Shown here: positions 1-8,159 of the stretch, one piece after another
Numbering within the stretch: position 1 is the stretch's first letter
Layout of the letters: each line of letters begins with the position of its first letter
Origin: a virus
Virus record (IMG/VR): IMGVR_UViG_3300027747_002969
Coordinates: 20,334-84,333 of that record
Length of the DNA: 64,000 nucleotides
Direction: 5' to 3' (one strand)
Made by a program: the position numbers and the translations under genes
The notes under the pieces: model-generated
Seen by the model: only the letters and a program-made list of their open reading frames with translations
Told to the model about the DNA's origin: nothing
The model's database searches: none

Positions 1-132
1 AGATCGGTTGCGAACCTTGTCCAAAAATATTGTTATTCTATCTTTGGGCGTGCCGATATATTTGCGCATGCCCGCAATATTCATCTGTTTTTCATCGATC
101 TTGCGATGGATTAAGATTTCACCTATTTTCAT
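1..132 (-). CDS. 5' part of a late gene running off the left edge (MKIGEILIHRKIDEKQMNIAGMRKYIG...)
   Basis: Own translation: ATG at 132 on the - strand, frame open to position 1; TAAATA 5 nt upstream (138-143). Confidence 0.65.
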   Translation of the reverse strand, partial: MKIGEILIHRKIDEKQMNIAGMRKYIGTPKDRITIFLDKVRNRS

Positions 133-231
133 ACTGTTATTTATTCTTCGTGCGGAGATGACTGCAACAGCTTGTTCCGCGGTAGTTCACCAACACTCTG
201 TTAAATAAGAGATAGATACAGGATCAATCAC

Positions 232-1107
232 ATGAAGTTTGTAGAATTTCTAGAAAAACCAAAGAATATGTCTGCTGCTGACGGCGGCTCACAGAGTGAA
301 TCTGTTATTAGCGAAAAAGATGACAATGAAAAAACACATGCACCCTACCCTGGGCAGAGTTCGGGCAGACTGAAAAACTACATCAAACGTAACTATGGTG
401 GCAAAATTTCCTGTAGAAAAGCCGGTTCGGTTCTAAATGATCCCAATGCAGGCAATTTCTATAAAAAACGAGCCAAATGGTACAAGAGCCTGCACTGTCT
501 TGGTCGCAAACAGGTGAGAGAAGATGACGAAGGTGCTGTTTTGACCATTTTTGACATAGATGACACGCTGATGAAAACCACTGCAACTGTTTTGATCCGC
601 AGGCCAGACGGGTCAAAACAAGAACTAACTTCTGCTGAATTCAACCATTATAAGTTAAAGCCGGGTGAAGAATTTGATTTTGGTCGGTTTAAAGATGCGG
701 AACTTTTTCGCGCCACCAGTAGACCCATCAAAGATCTCTGGAGAACTGCACAGCAAACAGTGAATACAGTAGGTCGTCGTCCAGGTTCGCGTGTAGTTAT
801 AGTTACAGCGCGCAGTGACCTTGACGACAAGAGCAAGTTTCTCAAAACTTTTGAAGATCATGGCCTAGATATGAGCAAGGTGCATGTGTTCCGTGCAGGC
901 AATCTTGGTTCTGGCAGTTCGGCTGAAAACAAGAAAATTATCATAGAAAAATTACTGAGAACTGGTAGATTTACTGAAACTCGGCTATTTGATGATCATA
1001 TGGCCAATCTTCAAGCATTTCTATCTTTGAAAACACAGTTTCCACATGTGGTATTCAAGGCCTATCCTGTGGTCAATGGCAAAATGGGCAGACCAATTAT
1101 TGTTTAA
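232..1107 (+). CDS. HAD-superfamily phosphatase-domain protein with N-terminal extension
   Basis: HAD motif I IFDIDDTL, motif II IVTAR, motif IV LFDD; TAAATA at 202-207. Confidence 0.7.
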   Translation: MKFVEFLEKPKNMSAADGGSQSESVISEKDDNEKTHAPYPGQSSGRLKNYIKRNYGGKISCRKAGSVLNDPNAGNFYKKRAKWYKSLHCLGRKQVREDDEGAVLTIFDIDDTLMKTTATVLIRRPDGSKQELTSAEFNHYKLKPGEEFDFGRFKDAELFRATSRPIKDLWRTAQQTVNTVGRRPGSRVVIVTARSDLDDKSKFLKTFEDHGLDMSKVHVFRAGNLGSGSSAENKKIIIEKLLRTGRFTETRLFDDHMANLQAFLSLKTQFPHVVFKAYPVVNGKMGRPIIV

Positions 1108-1152
1108 GAGACGTAATCTCTGCTATGTTTATGCACAGAATTGGAGATAATC

Positions 1153-1644
1153 GTGACTGTTTTGATTGCACATCGTGGATTGACTCGGGGTCCAGACCCC
1201 CATATTGAAAATACACATTCAGCCATTACGCAGGCTAGACAACAGGGCTATGATGTTGAGATAGATGTTTGGTACTGTGATGGTTCATGGTGGTTGGGTC
1301 ATGATCAGCCACAATATGCACTAGATCTTGCCTGGCTGAGAACCATGGATCGACAAGATAATCTTGACATGCACCACGTATGGATACATGCCAAAGACAT
1401 AAAAACTCTCTATCAACTGAGACTGTGTCGCTGGGGCGGCCATGTGTTTTTCCATGAAAATGATCCTGTGACTTTGACCACAAGTGGATATATTTGGACA
1501 TTTCCGGGGCAGTCACTGACACCCTTGAGTGTGTGCGTTATGCCAGAATCGGCAGGCATGCTTGACACCATAGCCCAAGTTGATGTCTGGGGAATCTGTA
1601 GTGATTATATAGACAGTATTGCTTTGCAAGTAAACCAAAAATAA
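1153..1644 (+). CDS. Glycerophosphodiester phosphodiesterase (GDPD)-like protein
   Basis: LIAHRG, ENT, DVEIDV, LGHD and GICSD motifs; GTG start at 1153 after GGAG. Confidence 0.75.
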   Translation: MTVLIAHRGLTRGPDPHIENTHSAITQARQQGYDVEIDVWYCDGSWWLGHDQPQYALDLAWLRTMDRQDNLDMHHVWIHAKDIKTLYQLRLCRWGGHVFFHENDPVTLTTSGYIWTFPGQSLTPLSVCVMPESAGMLDTIAQVDVWGICSDYIDSIALQVNQK

Positions 1645-1681
1645 CCGCCGATAAATATCCTACACAGCGTTGGGAATCATC

Positions 1682-2677
1682 ATGCAGACTATTCTGGTAG
1701 CCGGAGTTTTAAATCAGCCCTATGGTAGTTGGCCAGCGGCCAGCCAAAGCGATGACGGCATAACTTGGAGCGACATCACTAGACCATTTGACGTTGGTGA
1801 TTTCTGTACTGCTTTGGCCACAAATGGTGGTGTGGTCGCAGTGGCTAATCAGCGAGGTTATCTAGCCACCACAACTGACATGGTCACATGGAGCCATACT
1901 GAGATCAATGATGGATTTGGCACAGTTGGCCTTGGTCATGCCCGGGATCACAACGGTCATGATCATTGGTTGGCTGTGGGCAGTTACAATTACATCAATG
2001 GATACGGTCCCTATCCTGCCTTTTCAGAAGTGGCACAAATATATAGATCCAACCGCGCTGATCTTGGCTGGGCTATGGTTTGGACCAGCAACAACAACAG
2101 CCTCTTGTATCAAGTGGCATATTTTAAATCCGCACCAATAAGCAACAGCGAGACTGCTGATGTCTGGGTTGCTGTGGGCAATAATGGCAGCAACCGTGGT
2201 GAAATAATCTATAGCCTCGACTATGGTCTATCATGGGCAGCAGCAGCAGTACCACAGGGTGTTGAAATTATCTACAGCACAGCGCTGTATCAAAGAGCAG
2301 GACAACTGGTGTGGTATTGGGGTTGCAAAGGCCGCTTGTTTATTACCAATTCGCTGCATGACACGGTCTGGGAAGAAGTGAGTTTGGATGCTGAAGATAC
2401 TGCTGTGTCCATCACAGTCAACAGCACCGGTGCTATGGTGGTCACTGGGGTGAATAGGCTTTATATCACTCTAAACGGTTTGGTTTTTTCCAAATTCAGT
2501 GTATCTGGTTATGTTTTCAACGGTGTAACGGTGTTTGACTATGACAATGGTTCAAGATGGTTGGCCTGGGCACGCAGCGGGCTCAATCAATGGACCATGT
2601 GGTACACAGACAATCTCTTGTCCTGGGAACCCTGGAACAACGGTATTGAAGTACAGGGGTCAACTGTCAATGCTTGA
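1682..2677 (+). CDS. Asp-box/BNR-repeat beta-propeller protein, probably virion-associated
   Basis: Repeats SDDGITW, TTDMVTW, SLDYGLSW, TDNLLSW; TAAATA at 1652-1657. Confidence 0.55.
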   Translation: MQTILVAGVLNQPYGSWPAASQSDDGITWSDITRPFDVGDFCTALATNGGVVAVANQRGYLATTTDMVTWSHTEINDGFGTVGLGHARDHNGHDHWLAVGSYNYINGYGPYPAFSEVAQIYRSNRADLGWAMVWTSNNNSLLYQVAYFKSAPISNSETADVWVAVGNNGSNRGEIIYSLDYGLSWAAAAVPQGVEIIYSTALYQRAGQLVWYWGCKGRLFITNSLHDTVWEEVSLDAEDTAVSITVNSTGAMVVTGVNRLYITLNGLVFSKFSVSGYVFNGVTVFDYDNGSRWLAWARSGLNQWTMWYTDNLLSWEPWNNGIEVQGSTVNA

Positions 2678-2733
2678 TTGACCACCAGTTGCAGATAACC
2701 ATATGCTTGATATACTGCAATAAGGAGTATAAA

Positions 2734-3006
2734 ATGAGTATAGGTTCACTTTCCGCTGGTGACAAGGCACGACTACAGGGTCTGATCAACGAAGGCGTGC
2801 AGGCCATGATTGATATTGCATCTATGCGAGATGGCCTCAAGGAAACCATTGAAAACATCGCAGAAGAACTGGACATCAAAAAGACTGTGCTGAACAAGGC
2901 CATCACCATTGCCTTTAAAAACAACCAAAACAAGGACAAACTGACCGAAAGCCGTGAAGAGTTGGACGAGGTTGAACAGGTGTTGATGGCAGCAGGTCGA
3001 GCATAA
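2734..3006 (+). CDS. T4 DsbA-like double-stranded DNA-binding protein
   Basis: About 90 aa, helical, LKETIENIAEELDIKKTVLNKAITIAFK pattern; AAGGAG RBS. Confidence 0.6.
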   Translation: MSIGSLSAGDKARLQGLINEGVQAMIDIASMRDGLKETIENIAEELDIKKTVLNKAITIAFKNNQNKDKLTESREELDEVEQVLMAAGRA

Positions 3007-3008
3007 AA

Positions 3009-4010
3009 ATGAAAAAATGGATCTTCATCACCGGAGGATGCGGCTACATAGGCAGCCATGTAGCAGCTGAAATCAAAGACAAGACTGACTATTCGGTGCT
3101 GTTGATCGATCGACGTGCTAAAGAATTAGTACACACTACTAAATTCTGCGATATGGTAGCCGATGAGGATTTTGCCAGCAAGGTCAGCCAGGAAGCCATT
3201 CGCGAATATCGACCAGAAACTGTGATACATCTGGCTGCCAACAGCACGATTGGTTCCAGTATGACCAATCCTGCTGGCACCTGGGAAAACAACGTGACCA
3301 AAATGCAGCAGTTGCTGTCATGCTGTGTGCAGAATCAAATTCGCAATGTAATTTTTGCCAGCAGCAGTTCGGTTTATGCAGATCAACATGTGGCCATTGA
3401 TGAATCGCATGCATTGTCCCCCTACAGTCCATATGCTACTACAAAGATGGTTGGCGAAATGATGCTGAGAGATTGGTACGGGGCGCATGGTATACGCAGC
3501 CTAAGCCTGCGTTTTTTCAACGTAGCAGGAGCACATACCAAATACGATCTTGGAGAGTTGCAGGGCAGCAGCCATTTGATGGCCAAGATTATGGAAAGTG
3601 TAGTAGATGGCCGTGATTTCACTGTATGGGGCAGGGACTGGCCTACTCCGGACAAGACTGCCATACGTGACTATACGCATGTCTTAGACATTACCGATGC
3701 AGTCTTATTGGCAATAAAATGGCTGCCAAACAATCACGGCGCGCATGTGATGAATCTTGGCGGTGGCCAAGGTCGCAGTGTACAGCAAATGATCAACACT
3801 ACCGAACTGTTGTTGAGCAAACAACTGCCATATCGATACGGCAATCGTTTGGATGGAGATAGTGCCATGAGATTTTCCAACAATGCTTGTGCATTAAAAC
3901 TACTGGGTTGGCAACCCAGTCGTGGATTAAATGACATCATTTTGGACAGTTTCAAATGGTACAACAGTGACATGTATCGTTCATTAACGCAAGCAAAAAT
4001 TGTCTATTGA
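3009..4010 (+). CDS. galE: UDP-glucose 4-epimerase (GalE-like extended SDR)
   Basis: TGGCGYIGSH, HLAA, ASSSSVY, YATTK (YxxxK), RFFNVAGA, IRDYTHV. Confidence 0.85.
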   Translation: MKKWIFITGGCGYIGSHVAAEIKDKTDYSVLLIDRRAKELVHTTKFCDMVADEDFASKVSQEAIREYRPETVIHLAANSTIGSSMTNPAGTWENNVTKMQQLLSCCVQNQIRNVIFASSSSVYADQHVAIDESHALSPYSPYATTKMVGEMMLRDWYGAHGIRSLSLRFFNVAGAHTKYDLGELQGSSHLMAKIMESVVDGRDFTVWGRDWPTPDKTAIRDYTHVLDITDAVLLAIKWLPNNHGAHVMNLGGGQGRSVQQMINTTELLLSKQLPYRYGNRLDGDSAMRFSNNACALKLLGWQPSRGLNDIILDSFKWYNSDMYRSLTQAKIVY

Positions 4011-4054
4011 ATGTCTCTGATAGAGAGATTATAACTGAGTTAGGAGGTACAGAC

Positions 4055-5749
4055 ATGTATGTTGATGCATTCTATGAACGTGATAAAAATCAAATATTAG
4101 TAGTAGAGCGCAACCGCGCTGGCAAACGCATCTACAACCAATTTCCTACCAAATACTGTGTGTATTGGCCCAGCGCTCGTGGCAAGTTTAAGAATATCTA
4201 CGGTACTGCCTGTGAAAAGTATCAAACTACTAAACTGAAAGAATTTACACGAGAAATTAATATCATTCCCAAGTTGACTCAGCATGAATCGGATATCAAT
4301 CCAGTGTTCCGCTGCTTCTATGACAACTACAAGGGTGTACCGGGACCAGACCTGCATGTGGCTTTTTTTGACATTGAAACTGACTTTGATCCTTTACGTG
4401 GGTTTTCCAGCACAGATGATGCATTTTCGCCAATAACTGCCATCTCAATCTATCTCAAATGGTTGGAAAGAAACTTTACCATGGTGATCAAACCCAAAGA
4501 CATGGATCAAACCACTGCTGAAGAAATTGTAGCCAAATTTGCCGATACAGTTCTGTGTGAAAGCGAAAAAGAACTGCTAGAACTGTTTCTGGGCATCATA
4601 GATGATGCTGATGTGCTGAGTGGTTGGAATTCCGAAGGCTATGATATTCCCTATATACACAATCGCATAGTACAGGTCTTGGGCAAGGAAGAAACACGCA
4701 AGTTGTGTCTCTGGGGAAAATATCCCAAGCGGCGTGAATACGAAGCCTATGGACGTCAGACTGTGACGTATGATCTAGTTGGTAGGATACACCTTGATTA
4801 TCTACAACTGTATCGCAAAAATACCTATCATGAAATGCACAGTTATCGTTTGGACTTTGTGGGAGAATATGAAGTTGGTGATAAGAAAACACATTACGAA
4901 GGCAGTTTAGATAGTCTCTACAACAACGATTTTGAAAGATTCATAGAATATAATCGCCAAGACGTCATGTTGTTGGTAAAGATCGATGCTAAAAACAAGT
5001 TCATAGAACTCAGCAACAATCTAGCACATGAAAACTGTGTGCTGCTGCCAACCACTATGGGTGCAGTGGGGTTGATCGACCAGGCTATTGTTAACGAATC
5101 TTGGGATCTTGGATTTGTTGTACCAAATCGCAAGAATGATCGCGCGAAACACCGCAGTGACGACGACGATGAGGATGACGATTCGGTCGACATATCTGGT
5201 GTGGTTGGGGCATATGTGGCTGATCCAAAACAGGGCATGCATGATTGGATTGGCGGTGTTGACATCAACAGTCTCTATCCCAGTGCCATTCGTGCACTGA
5301 ATATGAGTCCGGAGACTATCGTTGGCCATATCCGCCCAGAAAGCACCGACAAGCTCATCACCAAACGCATGAAGTCTGAAAAAAAATCATTTGCTGATGC
5401 GTGGAACAGCATGTTTGGCACATTGGAATATAACCAAGTGATTAATCAAGATCTCACACCAATAACAGTGGATTTTGAAGACGGTAACAGTCAAACTGTG
5501 TCAGCCAGTGAACTGTATGATTTGGTTTTCAAAAGTGGTAAGAATCTCATACTCAGTGCCAATGGTACTATATTTACCGGTGACAAGCAGGGCATTATAC
5601 CCGGTCTGTTGAGTCGTTGGTACAGCGAGAGAAAAGAACTGCAGGCTGAGATGCGACGATATGGGGATCTCTGTGCCAACGGCATAGAATTGTCAGCTGA
5701 TCTAGCAGATGAGGTTAGACAGATCCTTGCTGCAAACCAGACAACCTAA
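4055..5749 (+). CDS. polB: DNA polymerase B (gp43-like), fragment 1: 3'-5' exonuclease, motif A and first fingers helix
   Basis: ExoI FFDIET, ExoII GWNSEGYDIPY, ExoIII YNRQD, GAYV, motif A DINSLYPS, GIIPGLLSRWYSERK; AGGAGG RBS before ATG 4055. Confidence 0.92.
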   Translation: MYVDAFYERDKNQILVVERNRAGKRIYNQFPTKYCVYWPSARGKFKNIYGTACEKYQTTKLKEFTREINIIPKLTQHESDINPVFRCFYDNYKGVPGPDLHVAFFDIETDFDPLRGFSSTDDAFSPITAISIYLKWLERNFTMVIKPKDMDQTTAEEIVAKFADTVLCESEKELLELFLGIIDDADVLSGWNSEGYDIPYIHNRIVQVLGKEETRKLCLWGKYPKRREYEAYGRQTVTYDLVGRIHLDYLQLYRKNTYHEMHSYRLDFVGEYEVGDKKTHYEGSLDSLYNNDFERFIEYNRQDVMLLVKIDAKNKFIELSNNLAHENCVLLPTTMGAVGLIDQAIVNESWDLGFVVPNRKNDRAKHRSDDDDEDDDSVDISGVVGAYVADPKQGMHDWIGGVDINSLYPSAIRALNMSPETIVGHIRPESTDKLITKRMKSEKKSFADAWNSMFGTLEYNQVINQDLTPITVDFEDGNSQTVSASELYDLVFKSGKNLILSANGTIFTGDKQGIIPGLLSRWYSERKELQAEMRRYGDLCANGIELSADLADEVRQILAANQTT

Positions 5750-5779
5750 GTTTGATCATTGCATCGTTTTGGTTGGCTG

Positions 5780-5809
5780 TTGACATATCATCAACAGGTT
5801 TGGTATATT
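5780..5809 (+). promoter_or_regulatory. Sigma70-like promoter between polymerase fragments 1 and 2
   Basis: TTGACA (5780-5785), 18 nt, TATATT (5804-5809). Confidence 0.5.
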
Positions 5810-5833
5810 ATGATGAACAATATGGAGCTCCAA

Positions 5834-6798
5834 ATGGAAACAATTGACAGCTTGGTAAAGAAACGGGATGCTCGGGGTATAGCAGCATTTATCGAATCCA
5901 ATGGATTGGCTCTAAACGAGTCCAATCGCATGACAGCCGTATCGAGTCAAGCCAAAACTCGCTGCAAGCGCCAACAAGACTTCTATGATCAGCGCCAGCT
6001 TATCAAGAAAATCTTGCTTAATTCGTAGATCTGCGACGCTGATTGGCAACAATCAGATGACAACTGCTCTAATTGCTGGAAACTCCCTGACAGGGACAAT
6101 CAGCAGCCAAGCGTTGGAAACAACGAAGGTTCAACGACTAGATCGAAAGATCGTAGATCCAAGTGGATCGAAATGGGCAGCATCCCACGTGGATGGTGAT
6201 ATAGTCTCCTCTGCATGGTAACATGCAGCAGTGCTGTTAAAGCACGGGGCAGCATTAACGACGCTGTCTGAAGATCAAGGTGTATGGAGCTATTGGTAAT
6301 CCCAGCTCAAGGTTCGCAGACAACCGAGTGGCACAGAGCACCACTTTGACTGGTCGTTGCATTGTCAAACACATGGCAGGAAAGATTAATGAAACGATTG
6401 CAGGCGATTACAATCACACAGGGGTATCAATAATTTACGGGGATACCGATTCGGTTGACGCCGAATCAATTATTAGAACCAATTTAGGTGATAAAACTGT
6501 TGAAGACTTGTTTCTGAGTGGTAGTCTTTTTTGGCAAGAGGGCAACAAGGAATATTCAAGAAACGATGCAGTCCAAGTTGTCAGCTATCTTCCTGAAGAA
6601 AACAAGACAACTCTGTCCAAATATAATTATGTCTATCGTCATAAGGTACGGAAAAAGAAATATAGGATTACCACGTCTAGTGGCAAATCAGTTATTGTTA
6701 CTGAAGACCATTCAGTTATGGTGTTGATTGATGGACAACTGGTAGAAAAAAAGCCAACTCAGTTGACAAAAAATGATAAGGTTATTACCTTGTCATAA
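5834..6798 (+). CDS. polB: DNA polymerase B fragment 2, join(5834..6026,6281..6798): fingers, motif B, start of motif C, fused to N-terminal split-intein half
   Basis: Removing 6027-6280 gives QLIKKILLNS-L-YGAIGNP (motif B); then TLTGR and YGDTD followed by intein block A; GGAG RBS before ATG 5834 (5810 is an alternative start). Confidence 0.88.
6027..6280 (+). mobile_element. Group I self-splicing intron, 254 nt, no internal endonuclease ORF
   Basis: 5' exon ends in U (6026) in P1 helix UCGU|A-GAUC-UGCGA with a U.G wobble; P AATTGCTGGAAA, Q AATCAGCAG, R GTTCAACGACTA, S GATATAGTC; terminal G 6280; splicing restores a TTG Leu codon and the frame. Confidence 0.92.
6451..6795 (+). mobile_element. 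Split intein N-terminal half (IntN, about 115 aa), inserted at YGDTD|S
   Basis: Starts SVDAESII right after YGDTD; block B VIVTEDHSVMV; ORF stops at 6798 without the C-terminal HN. Confidence 0.9.
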
Positions 6799-6858
6799 AC
6801 AATTGTTCAACTATGCTGCGCCTGGTGTGTTGGGTTTGGTTAACGGATTCAACACACT

Positions 6859-6960
6859 AAGATCAAGGTCGCCACAGAAAGATGCTTTTAAGTGAAATAG
6901 TTTGCTGGAGAGAATTTGAAAATTCTCAAACAAATCATAGAGGAAGGTTTTAAATGGTGA
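6859..6960 (+). pseudogene. Possible degenerate C-terminal remnant of a Vsr/DUF559-like homing endonuclease
   Basis: Broken frames read KIKVATERCF* / EIVCWREFENSQ / KQIIEEGFKW*, with the stop overlapping the IntC start (ATGGTGA); resemblance judged by eye. Confidence 0.4.
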
Positions 6961-7085
6961 ACCACCTAATAGAGACGATTGAATCAATTGAAGAATTGGG
7001 AGAATTTGAAGATGAGTATGTCTATGACATAGGTATTGATCCAACTCACCCCTACTTCTTTGCAAATGATGTTTTGGTTCACAAC
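6954..7085 (+). mobile_element. Split intein C-terminal half (IntC, 44 aa)
   Basis: Acidic IESIEELGEFEDEYVYDIGI (block F) and FFANDVLVHN (block G), followed by Ser +1 (TCC 7086). Confidence 0.92.
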
Positions 7086-7937
7086 TCCGCTTATTTCTCG
7101 GCCTATCCGGTGATGAAAGATTCACCAGATTTCCAAGACTTTGAATGGACCAAGGAAGCAGTGGTAGAACTCTATGACAAGATTGGAGACATAACCAATG
7201 CCAGTTTTCCTGATTTTATGCGTGCAGCTTTCAATTGTCAGCCCAGCAGTGGAGCCATTATACGTGCAGCGCGAGAACTCTGCGCACTGAAAGGTCTATT
7301 CATTACTAAAAAACGCTATGCTGTTTTGATCTATGACAAAGAAGGCAAGAGGAAAGATTCCAATGGCAAGCCAGGTGAGATCAAAGCCATGGGTCTTGAT
7401 CTCAAACGCAGCGATACTCCCAAGATCGTGCAGGATTTTCTCAGTGACATCTTGGTTGATGTATTAACTGGCAGTACAGAACGGGACATTCAACAGAAAA
7501 TTCTAGAATTCCGCAAGGAATTTCGCAGTTGGCCTGGTTGGCTCAAGGGTTCTCCCAAGCGTGCCAACAAGATTACACACTATCAAAACATCATCAACAG
7601 TCAGGGTCCGCGAGGTACCATTCCCGGACATGTGCTGGCCAGCATCAACTGGAATCGATTGAAAAAGATCTATGGCGATCATTATAGCCAGTCAATACAA
7701 GATGGTGCCAAAGTCATAGTGTGTAAATTGCGATCCAATCCCAGTGGCTTAACATCCGTAGCATATCCTGTTGATGAATTGACACTGCCGCAATGGTTCA
7801 AAGATCTACCATTTGATGAAGAAGCAATGGAGTCAGCATTGATTGACAAGAAGTGTCAAAACCTTCTGGGAGTGCTGTCATGGGACCTCGAGTCAAATCG
7901 CGAGAACAGCAGTTTCAGCGATCTATTCAGTTTTTAA
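6954..7937 (+). CDS. polB: IntC fused to DNA polymerase B fragment 3 (rest of palm and thumb)
   Basis: After HN: SAYF..., KKRYA, IKAMGLDLKRSDTP, PGHV; ends with clamp-binding-like FSDLFSF. Confidence 0.92.
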   Translation: MVNHLIETIESIEELGEFEDEYVYDIGIDPTHPYFFANDVLVHNSAYFSAYPVMKDSPDFQDFEWTKEAVVELYDKIGDITNASFPDFMRAAFNCQPSSGAIIRAARELCALKGLFITKKRYAVLIYDKEGKRKDSNGKPGEIKAMGLDLKRSDTPKIVQDFLSDILVDVLTGSTERDIQQKILEFRKEFRSWPGWLKGSPKRANKITHYQNIINSQGPRGTIPGHVLASINWNRLKKIYGDHYSQSIQDGAKVIVCKLRSNPSGLTSVAYPVDELTLPQWFKDLPFDEEAMESALIDKKCQNLLGVLSWDLESNRENSSFSDLFSF

Positions 7938-7955
7938 AACAAGGAACAGCAAATA

Positions 7956-8159
7956 ATGGCCACTAAACCCACTACGATATACTCTCCAACTGATCTCAAA
8001 ACACTTGTTGACGCACTCAATGGAGCGCCATCATACTTGTCAAAGCGATTCATACTGAAGTGGCTCTGCGGTTGGACAGACGAAATGATCGAAACCAACA
8101 TGCGTATGAAACAGGAAGAAGACTATCAACACAAGACTGGAGAAAAGACATGGCGTTAA
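7956..8159 (+). CDS. Small protein resembling the C-terminal segment of T4-like portal proteins
   Basis: YLSKRFILKWLCGWTDEMIETNMRMKQEE; AAGGA RBS; overlaps the next start. Confidence 0.5.
   Translation: MATKPTTIYSPTDLKTLVDALNGAPSYLSKRFILKWLCGWTDEMIETNMRMKQEEDYQHKTGEKTWR

Noticed and set aside
8-208. 66-aa + strand ORF
   Set aside because: Overlaps a better-supported - strand gene start at 132 and the divergent promoter region
5750-5833. Second intron, intein or ribosomal bypass at the first polymerase break
   Set aside because: Only about 84 nt, no group I/II or intein motifs, and it contains a promoter-like element and an RBS
6026-6028. TAG in the polymerase as evidence of stop-codon reassignment
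   Set aside because: Explained by the intron junction; other genes, including the 3732-aa one, are intact in the standard code and TAG ends normal genes
5985-6221. 78-aa ORF overlapping the intron as a possible homing endonuclease
   Set aside because: No LAGLIDADG, GIY-YIG or HNH motifs; it simply runs through the structured ribozyme core
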